Origin: Camelus dromedarius
Lineage: Eukaryota
Direction: 5' to 3'
Assembly: GCF_036321535.1 (NCBI RefSeq)
Contig: NC_087438.1
Location: 3,164,001-3,228,000 of the forward strand
DNA: 64,000 nt
The position numbers were made by a program, and so were the translations under genes. Below the pieces are notes generated by a model. It did not search any database. It was given only the letters and a program-made list of their open reading frames with translations, and was not told where the DNA came from. Positions 12,720 to 24,991 of this stretch are shown one piece after another. Numbering within the stretch: position 1 is the stretch's first letter; each line of letters opens with the position of its first letter.

Positions 12720-15360
12720 CTCAGCCAGTGGAGTAAGAAGATGCATGTGTATGTAGTAACCTGTGTGTTCACAAATGTCTACAACATGTGTGTGTATGAC
12801 CAGCTGTATATTCTTAAGCTACATATGAGTTTATACTGATGTTTGCATCACTAATCTATTCTAGCTCTCTCCCTTACTCATGAGTAAACCTCCACTCCAA
12901 CAGTGAAAATTCAGGCATTCACTCACCATGCATCTTCAGTTACACCCAAGCACACACCCGCACATTGTTAACCCACAACCACGGAAAACAATTTTAGCAG
13001 CTAGACTTCAGTGCTTATGGACAGTTTATTTTATCTTTAGTCTTACAGACCCCACTCACTTCCAAATTACCTGGGTCAGCACCTTTTTCCCCGATGTCAA
13101 TCAGCAGTTTTTTCACACATTTGTCATGTAGACAGATTGTTTTGTCACATTTTGTATCCTATTCTGGGATTCCCCAACCTCCTAAATGATTTTTCACAAA
13201 TGTGCATACATAAGGGCTCATTCTTTGTGCTATAAATATCTGTGAGTTTTAACAAATGCATGTTATCGTGTATGGGCTATTACAACATCAATGCCCTGAA
13301 ATGTACCCTATAATTTATCTGTTTGACCTTCTCTCCATCCTTCTTCCCAGGACAGTAGATCTTTTTGCTCTCCCTAAATGTCCCTCTTTTCCAGAACATC
13401 ATATAATTGGAATCACAGTATAGAATCCAGACTGGTTTCTTTCATTTAGCTCACAAAAGTCTCCAGGTATTATCATGGCTTGATAACTCATTTATTTTTA
13501 TTGCTGAATAGTGTTTCATTATAAGGATGCACCAAGTTTGTTTATCCATGCACATGTGGAAAGCCATCTTGGTTGCTTCCAGTTTTGGTGATTATGAATA
13601 AAGATGTTATAAATATTCACATGGAAGTTACTGTGTTAACATAGATTCCAAATCAGTTGAATAAATACCTAGAAGTGTAATTCTTGAATCATGTGGGAAG
13701 ACTATGTCTGGCTTTGTAAGAAACTGACAAAGTATCTTCCAAAGTGTCTGGGCCATTTTGTACTCCCACCAGCATGAATGTGAGTGCTTATTGTTCTGCA
13801 TTTTTGCCAACAATTGATATAGTCAGGTTTTTGTGGGGCTTTTATTTTTGTGTGGTTTGGGTTTTGCTACTTTTTAGCCATTTTAATAGGTATTTGGTGA
13901 TGCCTCTGCTATTTTGATTTGCTGATTTTTTATAATGAATGATGCTGAGCATCTTTTCATATGTGTATTTTCCATTTCTATGACTTCTTTGGTGATAATC
14001 TGTTCATATAGTTTGCCCATTTTTTGTTTTTTTTTTCACTTTTGAGAGTTCTTTGAATATTTTGGATACAAATTATTTATCAGAAATGTGTTTATAAACC
14101 TTTTATTCATTTGTGGCTTATTTAATTATTTATCAGTATATTTTGCATAAAGAACTTATAATTTCAATGAATTATAATTTATTAACGTTTTATTTCATGG
14201 ATCACGTTTTTTGGGCTGTATCTAATATCTCTTTACCACACCAAGGTCATGCAGATTTTTCTCCTAAGATTTTTTTTGTTCTGGAATTTTATAGTTTTGC
14301 ATTTTACATGTAGGTCTATGATCCATTACGGGTTAATTTTTAAAGTATAATGTTTTTGTCCTTGCATTTTTTTAAATTTTTGCAGTCAGACATCTAACTG
14401 TTCCAGAACATTTGTTGAGCAGATTTTCCTTCCCCTATCACATTGCCTTTGCTCCTTTTTAAGATCCGTTGCCTGGGTTTGAGTCTATTTCGGGGCTCTC
14501 TATTCTGTTTTATTGATCTAAGCTTATTCTTTCACCAATACATTGTTGTCTTCTTACTGTAGCTTTCATTTTGTCTTGAAATTGGATATTATAAATTTTC
14601 CAAATACAGTCTCCTTCAGTGTTATGTCAGCTCTTCAAGATATTTTAACTTTCACTATGAATTTTAGAATCAATTTGTCAATATCTACAAAATACCTTGC
14701 TAGAATTTTGATTCTGATCACATTCAATCTATAAATCAGTTTGAGAAGAATTGCCATCCTAACAATATTGAGTTTTGAAATCTATGAATGTGGACTCCTC
14801 TCAATTTACTTAGATTTCCTTTGTATTTTACATGAGTATTTTGTAGTTTTCCACACATGGGCCCTGTACCTCTTTTGTTGGGTTTGTGCTTATTTTTGCT
14901 GACATTGTAAGTGATATTTCTTTTCAATGTTCAAATTCAGACTGTTCATATCTGGCATATAGAAAAGCAGTCACATTTTGTACAGTCACGTCATAGCCTG
15001 TGACCTTGTTCTGCTTTATCATTGGTATCAGGAGGTTGTTGTTCTGTTGGTGGTGGTGGTGGTGGTTTGGGTTCCCTGCACAGATGACCATGCCGTCTGT
15101 AAACAGAGATTTGTTTCTATATGTATCTGTGTCTGTGTGTGTGTGTGTGTGTGTGTATACACACACATGCATATATATATACACACACACACACATGCAT
15201 ATATATTTGTGTGTGTGTGTGTATATGCACTTCTTTTTCTATCTTACTATAGTAATTAGGACGTCCAGAAAAATTTTGAGTAGAACTGATGAGAGAGAGC
15301 ATTCTTGCCTTGTTCTCCATCTGAAATATAAGCATCTTATTATTCAACCTTAATTACGAT
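12720..15360 (-). mobile_element. Old LINE-1 (L1MC/MD-like): 3'UTR plus ORF2 C-terminal half
   Basis: Minus ORF 13628..13813 ('HSCWWEYKMAQTLWK...VFPHDSRITLLGIY') is the L1 ORF2 C-terminus; 14924..15196 'KSLFTDGMVI' is the decayed FADDM motif. Confidence 0.85.
15128..15230. repeat. Compound (TG)n/(CA)n/(TA)n microsatellite
   Basis: Alternating purine-pyrimidine tract within the L1. Confidence 0.95.
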
Positions 15361-15369
15361 GTTATTAAA

Positions 15370-15625
15370 GTTAGTGAAGTAAGTCAGATAAGGACAAATA
15401 CCATGATGATATCATTTATGTGTGGAATCTAAAAAGAATGATATGAATGAACTTACTTACAAACCAGAAATAGACTCACAGACATAGAAAACAAACTCTG
15501 GTTACCAAAGGGGAAAGGAGGGGAGGGATAAACGGGGAGTTTGGGCATAGCAGATACACACTACTATATATAAAATAGATACACAACAAGGACCTACTGT
15601 ACAGCACAGGGAACTATACTCAATT
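15370..15625 (+). mobile_element. Younger LINE-1 3' end fragment
   Basis: 'agtgaagtaagtcaga...caaataccat...tgtggaatctaaaa...tagactcacagacatagaaaacaaact...gcacaggggaactatactcaa'. Confidence 0.85.
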
Positions 15626-15705
15626 AAAACATTATGATATTGCTAAGATTTATGTCAGAGTATGTTTTGCCTATGTTTTCTTTGAGGAGATTTATCATTT
15701 CTTTT

Positions 15706-15886
15706 GGCCATGTGAGGACACAGTGAGAAGGTGGCCATCTACAAGCCAGAAAGAAAGCTCACACCAGACTCTGACCATGATGGCACCCTGATCTTGAACT
15801 TCAAGCTTCCAGAACCAGGAGAAATGTGTTTTTGTCCTGTAGGCTGCCCAGTGTACGACATTCAGCTGCGGCAGCTCAAGCCGACT
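15706..15886 (+). mobile_element. MaLR LTR 3' part (MLT1A/B-like)
   Basis: 'gccatgtgaggacacagtgagaaggtggccatctacaagccag...ggcaccctgatcttgaacttcaagcttccagaac'. Confidence 0.85.
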
Positions 15887-17199
15887 GTTCCTCTTTTTTT
15901 GACAACCCGTGTACATTGTGTGTCCACTATTTAAAAAAGAAAAGTCTCAAATAATTTGTATTCTGTTAGAAGATGCAGTCCTCTGCCAAGTTAATGAGAG
16001 AAGCACCAGGAACTGAATTTTCTCATTCCTGGGAATGGTCCTGTGCAGTGTTTTCTTGGCTGTGAGTTTCAGCAGGAAATGTTGGTGCAAAGGGAGGCAC
16101 TCTCTTTAGACTTGTCTCCAACAGGATGTTTGTTGGCACCGTTCACTGGGTAGACTTAGGACATGGAGGGTGACAAGCTGCATGGAGTAGGCACTTTCCA
16201 ATCCCATCTCCAATAGAATGAATAATTTCAAAGCGTGAACTGTGATGGCATGGACAGGAACACCTGATGCCTTGCTCTGTAGTGAACCCTGTCACTGTGG
16301 ACACTGCGGCCCTGAAGCCATCAAGTCATTATCATCCCATCATGCCTTCCTGCTCCACCTCCCACACCTGGAGCACCTTCAACAAGTCCTGACATAAACA
16401 GCTCTTCTTTTCCTGCTGGACCCTCTCTCCTTCGTAAAAATTCTCTGCAGTTTTCTCAGCTTCACCTTCCATCTCCACCTTCCATCTCAGCTTTGAAGAT
16501 TAAATGCTCTTCAAAAACTCACAGCTGTGGTGTTTAAATTTCCAAGTTACAGACTCTCCAGCATTATCATAGACAAATACTCCTTCTATAAATGCCATTA
16601 AATATTGATTCATTTTCTTGACTGAGAACTAACTTCCCTGCTCACACATTAACTTTGAAGAGAATTTTTTTTCCTACAAAACCTAATGTTAATAAGCAAA
16701 CAAATTAACAAGTAAACATCTCAGCTTCTGAGGGAGGACAATGCAGGAGTAAGCAGTGTAAGCCTGAGACTGGCTGCTGGCTGGGGGCGCTTGGCTTGGT
16801 CCCCCTTTGGATGGTGTAAGTGGAAAGAGAGGGCCAGGGCAGTGCAGGCCCCGTGTGTCTGGGTTATGAGGAGGAGGGAGCCATTCTTAGGGAAATTCCA
16901 CTGCAAACAAAGCGCACTCTGATACCTAAATAAATAATTCCACTAAGGGAGGTTTAGGACATCTGGTGATAATGCAGCCTTGGAAGTGGTTTGATAAACT
17001 TGAGGGTAGAGGAGCCACCCTTTTTGAATCTGTGTCTCTGTTTATATCACCATTTTCCTTGTAGTTTTTAGCAATATGATGATGCTCCCATTTTATTCCT
17101 GCTGATATTCAGGCATGCTGGGAACACGCTTCCTGCCTGGATGACATTAATTTCATGTGTGTACATAGACAGATGGACACAAATCATACTATACTGGAG

Positions 17200-17370
17200 A
17201 TATAATCTGTTGGTCTAATTGCCATGCAGTAGAGAGGAGGGCAGTGTCAGAAAAACTTTCACAAAGAAGAGGTTTGGTCAGGGTCTCAAAAGATACTCTG
17301 TATGGAAAAGAAAGTGAGGGTCTTCCATGAAGAGGGAGCAGCAGGTGCAGGACCACAAGGTCTGAAAGAT
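17200..17370 (-). mobile_element. L2 fragment
   Basis: 'gtcagaaaaactttcacaaagaag...ttccatgaagagggagcagcaggtgcaggaccacaagg' has the antisense L2 pattern. Confidence 0.4.
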
Positions 17371-17530
17371 GACTCCCGGAAAGTCACGTCATCACACCCT
17401 AGATTCTGTTTGGAGCACCGATGAAATATGAGTCTGGGGAACTCAAGGATTCAATGACAGTCAGATTGGATTTTATTTACTGGTATCTTGAGTTTGCAAA
17501 CAATCTTATTTTTCATCAAACAATAGGGCC

Positions 17531-18990
17531 TTTTTTAAGACTAGATTTTTACATTTAAGAGCAGTTTTAGGTGCGCAGCAAAGTTAAGAGGAAGTTACAT
17601 GTATTTCCCACGTCTCTCCCTCCCCCCGTACAGGCACGGCCTCCCCCCTTGTCAGCATCCTCCACCAGGTGGTACAGTTGTTACAACTGATGAGCCTACG
17701 TGGACACACGACTGTCATCCAAAGTCCTTAGCTTACGTCATCCTTGGTGCTGCACTTTACTTGAGTTTGGACAAATGTATAATGAGATGTATCTATCATT
17801 GCAGCACCATAGTGGGTATTTTCTCTGCCTAAAAACCCTTGGCTTTGCCCACATACGTCTCCCACAACACCCTACCCCTGGAAATCACTGATCTTTTTGC
17901 TACCTCCATAGTTTTGCTTTTTAAAAGAGTGTCATATAGTTGGAACTATAGAGAGTGCAGCCTTTACAGATTGGCTTCTTTCACTTAGTAGCATGCATGT
18001 AAGTTTCCTCCATGACTTTTCACGGCTTGATAACTCATTTCTCCTTTAGCACTGAATAATACTCCATTGTTTGAATGGACCCTAGTTTATTTACTCATTC
18101 GTCTACTGAAGACACCAGGGTTGCTTCTAAGTTTTGAAAATTATTTATAAAGCTACCACTAATATCCATGTGAAGGTTTTTGTGTGGACATAAGTCTTCA
18201 ACTCCTTTGAGTATACACCAAAGAGTATGATTTCTGGGCTGCGTGGCAAGGATAGGTTTAGTTTTATAAGAAACTGACAGACTGTCTTCCGAAGTGTGTG
18301 TGCATTTTGCATTCCCTCCAGCCATGAATGAAAGTTCCTATTGTTCCGCATCCCTGCCAGCATTTGGCGTTGTCAGTGTTCTAGATTTTGGCCATTCTAA
18401 TGGTATACAGTCGTATCTTGCTGTTTAATTTTTAATGTTTGCATTTCAGTGATGACATACAATATGGAGAATAGTTCCTTATGTTTATTTCCACCTGTGT
18501 ATCTTCTTTGATGAGGTATCTGTTAAGGTCTTTGACCCATTTTTCTATTCACGTTGTTTGTATTCTTGCTGTCGTGTTTTCAGATTTCTTTGTGCGTTTT
18601 ATGTACTAGTCCTTTATCAGATGTGTCCTTGTAAGTATTTCCCCCTACTCTGTGGCTTGTCTTTTCAGTCTCTTGACATCGTCTTTCACAGAGCAAAAGT
18701 TTGTGATGTTAATTAATTTTAAGAAAGTCCAGCTTATCAATTATTTCCTTTGTGAATCATGACTGAGTTGTATCTAGAAAGCCATCACCATATCCAACAT
18801 GATCTATGTTATCTTCTAGGAGTGTTATAATTTTATACTTTATATCTCAATCTGTGACCCATTCTGAGCTAATTTTTGTGAAGGGTGTAAAGTCTGTCTA
18901 GATTCATGTTTTTGCAGGTGGATGTACAGGTTTTCCAGCATCACTTGTTGAAAAGACTATTCTTTGCTCCATCAATTGAGCCTTTGTTCA
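17531..18990 (-). mobile_element. LINE-1 (L1MC1/MB-like): 3'UTR plus ORF2 end
   Basis: 3' end 'agagcagttttaggtgcgcagcaaagttaag'; minus ORFs 18095-18363 give 'KTVCQFLIKLNLSLPRSPEIILFGVYSKELKTYVHTKT' (L1 ORF2 C-terminus). Confidence 0.9.
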
Positions 18991-20188
18991 AGTAAACTAT
19001 GCAAGACTCTGCATGAAACCACGTAGCAGATTTGATTCAGATACTTTCCGTGCGGCTGTGGAAGAGCTGGAGTCTCCTCTCCCACAGAAAGGCCCAAGGC
19101 AGTGAATGAAAGGATCCAACTTTCAGACCCTCTTTGAAAGGTTACTGCTGCAGCTAACAGAGGATTTTAAATAAGGTATTGACAAGATTATAATGTTCTC
19201 CAGGTTAAAAAATGAGAATTCAGGTGAGACTCATAAGTAATAGTGGGAAAAGAAAGGAGAGGGGCTGTGAGATTGTTCCAAGACCACACTGACTCAAATA
19301 TTTAAAGCCTTCAGGTTTAGCTCGGGGTGGAAATGCCATTAATTAATAAGGACTCATGTAGAGAAGCAGGTTGGGTTTAGAAAGGTGGGACATGCTGATG
19401 GACGACCAAGGCAGGGGTGCCCAGTGGGAAACATGGCTCTGAACACCAGCCAAAGGAGGAGGGGCTGGTGGGGGATGCTCAGGCTGTGGACCCAAGTGGT
19501 ACCCACAAAAAAAGCAAGAAGAGGATAAGGATGAGGTCTGAAGTTGGGACCTCAACAATTACACAATTTCCTAGAAAGCCAGGAAGAAAACCCCTTCATC
19601 CAGTGAACGGAGCACTGAATGGTATGCCTCCTCCACAAAATGGTGCTAATCGTGGGAGGTGGACAACATACTTGAGCTAGTTTAAAGTCCATGACCAACA
19701 CATCGTCTCAAACCACACAGATGGGCTTGACAAACACACCACGACAGGAAATGTTGAACTTCGCTGACCCTAGTGAGAAGGCAGGGCGCCACAGCCACAC
19801 CTGCTGTAACCCAGTGGGAGCTCTGTGTGGTCACCTTGGCCGCCCCTCCTTGGGGTTTGAATTTCAGGTGCTGTAGAAAGCAGTGTCTGTGCTACGCTTT
19901 CAAAACCAAAGCGCCGATTTTCTTCGGTTTCGTTACCAGAACCTCGTTGCTTTGCACCAGCTGTCCTTCTGGATCTCCGTCCCCTGGCGTTCGTGCCCCA
20001 CAGAGTCCCAGTGTCGCAGGTTTCCGCTGGGCGCATTGGCAAACAAAGCTCTTCATTAAGCAAAGTTCTGTGCCTAATGATGTTTCCACTTCAGGAAAAG
20101 AAATCACACTTCTGTTGTCTGCAGTGGGACTACTGGACATTTTCACCGTGGAGCAAAGAAGCAATAGTTCTTTTTTTCCTTCTTCAGT

Positions 20189-20194
20189 TTTATT
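20189..20194 (-). terminator. Candidate polyadenylation signal AATAAA (minus strand)
   Basis: TTTATT on +. On - it is followed by a U-rich element (ctattgcttctttgc) and preceded by 3'UTR-like AU/UGUA-rich sequence. The host transcript is unidentified. Confidence 0.35.
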
Positions 20195-20441
20195 ATTATT
20201 GCAGCTCAACTGCTCATCCACATTATATTGCATGTAAATACATATATACAGTATACTGCACTTTTTTTTAGTTTACATATATGTACTAATTGTTTCTAAG
20301 AACAGATTAGATCTTTAGCTTTTTAAACATACATAGTTATCAAAAGAATAAAGCCAGCTACAAAATAAGAATCAACAGAATGCAGTAATCCAATCATAAA
20401 GGACAGTCAGATGTGCTTACACATATTTGAGAAATCAAAAT

Positions 20442-20736
20442 AATTATTTCATTTATAATTTGTGTTAGTTTCTGTTGTACAGTATAGTGATTCATTTATA
20501 CATATATATATATTATTTTTATATCGCTTTCATTATAGGATATCATAGGCTACTGAATATAATTCCCTGTGCTAATACACTAGGACCTTGTTGTTTATCT
20601 ATTTTATATACAGTAGTGTATATCTGCTAATCCCAAACTCCAATTTTATTCCGCCCTTCCCTTTCCCTCTGGTGACCATAAGCTTTTCTCCTATGTCTGT
20701 AAGTTTGTTTCCATTTTGTAAATAAGTTCACTTGTG
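20442..20736 (-). mobile_element. Young 5'-truncated LINE-1 3' end
   Basis: 'tgtacagtatagtgattca...ttccctgtgct...ggaccttgttgtttatctattttatatacagtagtg...ctgctaatcccaaactcc'; possible TSD TCAAAAT at 20435-20441 and 20737-20743. Confidence 0.9.
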
Positions 20737-22225
20737 TCAAAATTGTTTTATATCTGACCCAGGTGTCTAGGCTCACCTGGAATTACCTGAGCTGCTAATT
20801 GCACCAGTGAATGTGCAAATTGAGGCTAAACGCAAACTCAAAATTTTCTGAACTCCCAAGAAAAAGTTCAATTTTAAAAAATGTGTGTAGAAAAAAATCA
20901 TTCTTTATAAGGGAAAAATTAATTGTATTTGAGTCTTTAAATTAAAGCATCATAACAAATAATCAGATCCTTCCCAGGGAAAAGTAGGAAAGACGTTGTG
21001 ACCTATAATGGTTCTGAGTGGATTTTAGCTTAAAATTACTGAGGAAAAAATAGAAAAATATACTATAGGAAAAATACGCAAATATGATGAATTAGCAAAT
21101 TCATTTCTTACCTTATCCATATCCCAGACTCTGTGGCATCCCACACTTTGACTTCCAAAAGTTGATGCCAACAGTGGAAAACAAGGGCTTTGCTTTATTA
21201 ACTGAAGAAATTGCTATATTGGAACATCAATGGTCACAAAACAATGAAAGTTCACAACTTGCTTTCACCAGAAAATTCAAACAGAGCTATGTTCTGTGGG
21301 TTTTGTCATTCTTAAAATAAAAACTCATTTTATTTATAGTGTTGTTTCTTCTCTTTCCTTTTTCTAAGCATCGTAAAACCTGAGTACGAAATACAGCAGG
21401 CTTCTACAGCTGAAGACCCAACATTTTCCAAGAGAAAAACCCCAGGTGTGGCCAGCACCCAGAACCCCAAGCTTCGGAAAGCACCTTCCCTCACTTTGCA
21501 TGAAAAGCGATGTCGGTGCAGCCTGGCCTTCTGGTCCCTCCCTCCTTTTGGTTCCTTTTCACCACCCTGCCACACAGCCTTGCTTTCAGCACGGACCCCC
21601 ACCCCCCACCGTCTTCCCACGTGGGAACACTCTTCACCGAGTACTTCAAAAGCCCGTTTCAGGTGACGCCATATGACTGACCCACATCTTAAAGTGTGCT
21701 ATTTATAAGGATAATCTTATAATTCATCATCAGTACAGGACAGTTTTGAGAGCGAGTGCTGCTGACATTAAAATTTTTTCCCGACAACATGCACAGTCTA
21801 AATTTTGATACGGAAGTCTATGACCAGACTGAAAGTCCTTTACATTTAAGGGCTTTAAACAGCAAGTCCTTGGGCTTCGACATGCTCACCCTGCCTTGCG
21901 TGCTTGAGCGCGGTGCAGCACAGAGTGAATGCGTCCACCGCGTCATGAGTGCAGTGCCCTGCGCACGAGCACCCACAGACATACCAGATGCTGTGGAAGC
22001 ATCCTGTTCAGCTGACGGTATCAGCAAACATGGCTTGCAGGAATGGGTTAGCAGCAAATAGCAAGCGGATCATTCAAATTTAATTCTTTCCTTGATTCCA
22101 GGGTAATTTCCCCATCAGCAGCAGAGGGTGTAGAAGAAAAACCTCTCACTCAACAGTTCATGCTCCTCTTGTCTTAGTATCCATATTAATGCCAACAAAA
22201 TTAGTAATTTGACAATTAGTTCCCC

Positions 22226-22258
22226 ACTTACCTGAGAAGACATGAAAGGGAGAAAAAG
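22226..22258 (-). other. Splice acceptor directly abutting a consensus donor (polyY-CAG|GTAAGT)
   Basis: Minus strand reads ctttttctccctttcatgtcttctCAG|GTAAGTgggg, with the junction at 22232/22231. Confidence 0.5.
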
Positions 22259-24770
22259 TATTTTAACTAGATTACAATGTGGCTCTGACAAGTTGGGATC
22301 CTGTCATGTTATAGCCTTCCAACTTTAACATTTTCATGTCTGCTTGGCAGGTTATTAAAATAAATGAGGGTGCTTTGGGAAGCTGCTCTGCTTTCTCTAA
22401 TGGGAGTTGAGGAATTTGCAAGCCACCCTTGTAAATTGACCGATCCCAGAGACTGAAAGGATTTAGCTAAAGTGGACAATTAGGATCATTTCTGCATAGC
22501 TGAGTGAAATATTCCTTGTTATTTTAATAATTCAGGCCCAGGGTAATTTTCGGAGGCTGAGTTTGTCAAGATAATGTGCCTGTGCTTGTCTGCTTGTCAT
22601 TTTTAACTCAATCCCACATGTTACAGGTGCAGTCTAGCTTACAAAACAGGAAAATCACTTGCTGGAGAATTTGCATATGGAATACAGATACACGGCATTG
22701 AGGGAAAGCGGACCGAGAGACTGACTGTGTGAATGCCGATGCTCTGAAGTCCGGACGGCCGAAGGACGCTGCGTCGCTTTGCTGATGCGATTATGAGTGT
22801 CGCTGGGCCCTGTGTGTGTGCAAGTGTGGACCACGCACAGCACCATCTAGCCTGTGTGGCCTGCGCTGTTTCGTGAAGAAATGTGTGGAGGCCGGGTATC
22901 CCCCTGTGAGGGATGCAAGTGTGGGCTTTCGGCTCAGTTTTATCACGTAGACTGATTGAATGACACCTTTAACTTTTGGTAGCAAGACGCATTTGGAGAA
23001 TTATACATGAGTTTAAGAGAGAGTAATTCTGACACTATAGCGATGGCCAGTGCATTTCTGCAGGTAGAACCTTGTTTGGCATGACTATGTGATCCCAACA
23101 GGTTAGAACATCGCTGGTGATTACAATGATCAGTGTGAAACTGGAAGTGACACCTTCTGTGTGGAGGTCTAGCACTAGATGGAAACAGATGCATTGATTT
23201 GAAATCAAGGAGTGTCCAAATGAAATTCTGATTGAAGGGCCGCACCTGCCAGCCCTGTGCTGGCGCCCTGCACCCAGGACCTCCTTGAGCTGTTTACTAG
23301 GCGATGCGTGACCCTCGGTCAGAAGTATCCACACTGCCGTCTCCCCAGGCCCGCCACACAGCTACATCAGGGCAGCTCAGTCTCTGTCTGGTTTATTTTT
23401 CAGACTTCCATGCAACAATTTATTTGAATATAGACTTTACACTCAAAATATCATCAGCACCAAAAGTATTCACATCACTGTTTTTGTAAAAAGAGATTTT
23501 GCAATGCCAGTTAACCTAAGAATGAAAATGCAGCCGGCATCGTTAGCCAAGTATTCTCTAGCAGGAATTATTTAATCAGAGCAAAGTGTCTCTGCATCTA
23601 CCCACGGAGACTTATCAACACGATTTGAAAAGCACGTGGGAATAGGACCTAATGTAACGTAGGGCGGGGAGATCTAAAACAAGTGAGCCAAATAATTAAC
23701 TTAAATGTTGCACAAAAAAGCCAACATTTCCATCCATTTCAATGTCCTTATACCATCAGTAGTCTTTACCCCTGAACTCTAATAGAAGATGGTCTTACGT
23801 ATCAAAGGGCCCATAGATTATTTTCCCATAATTCTATCTCCTTTTTCAACTTGGACAAATTTTAAACCCTCAGGCTATATTTGTATTGTATCGTCCAGTA
23901 TGAACCACATGACTCAAGAGGTCAGGGGACACCTTTGCTTGGTGCTCACCACCTATAACAGGTCAGCCAAGGAGCTGAAGCTGGAAGAGAAGTCATGTTC
24001 CCATTGCTGTTTTTCAATCATCTCTAATGTAGACTTTCTAACCAAGTGAGTGAAGTGTGGGCAAAGCCATTCTTTGGAATTCTGGGCTAATAATAGAGGG
24101 ATTACACATCCTGAACTGTGAACAAAGAAGCCAGCAAGCACAGGCAGCCCAGCACACGCCTGACTGCACTCCAAGTATCACGTCACCCTTGGAATGGCCC
24201 AGGCTCAGCCTCCAGGCGCTGCCTCGCCCCCTGCAACCCAGCAGCCACATGGTGTAGTGCCCTGTTACAAGACACACCGACTTCTGGGTGAGCCCGATGA
24301 AAGCAGAAACGTAATGAATGGGCCTAACGGAACGAAAGCTTGCTTCTCTCTCAGAGCCTGGGTAGAACGAGTGGGCTCCCTGGGTAATCTCTTCCAAGTA
24401 ATGGCCCACATTCATGATTCCTCTCACTGTGGGGCTCTGTCTTCTCAGACTGTGGCTCTTCTAATCTGTGAGCAGAGGACAGAGAGTGAGCTGAGGCTCC
24501 CAACGTGGCACAAACCACCCATGGCCCCAAACTGACGGAAAGGGTATCTGGGAAAGAAGGCATCCCTGCGGATCCAGGAGGTCAGCGAACACCCAGCTAG
24601 GGTCTGCCACGTGGGCCAACAAAGTGGAAAACAGTGACATTTCAGAACTGAACACAAGCCACGTTGGTAAAGAGCAAAGTCGACAGGAACACGGAGCTGC
24701 GCATTAAAGGGCGCGCGGCACTGACAATGCATACGGCGGCTTCTGCTGCCTCACCCGTGGGAACCTTCAA

Positions 24771-24991
24771 CAGGTGGTCCAAAAAGCAGCCCCAGGGGCA
24801 CCTTGGAGGCAACATCATTTAAAAATAGCACATTTTAAAAATAGCTTTGGAGTTTTAAGAATTTACTTCAATGGCTCTTTCCAGCTGTTTCCTCACTAGG
24901 AAAACAACACATCTCTCTTTGCGGTGACTTTATTATTACATATTTTTCCACTTCATTGTTCTCTACGGGAAGAGGCTTGGCATGTCAGCTG
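24771..24991. promoter_or_regulatory. Candidate enhancer motif cluster: 2x MEF2 plus E-boxes
   Basis: TTAAAAATAG (YTAW4TAR) at 24819-24828 and 24835-24844; CAGGTG at 24771; CAGCTG at 24882 and 24986. Confidence 0.35.

Noticed and set aside
19773..20237. Longest ORF in the window (154 aa) and overlapping ORFs
   Set aside because: Non-ATG start, no recognisable domain, and it runs into UTR-like low-complexity sequence.
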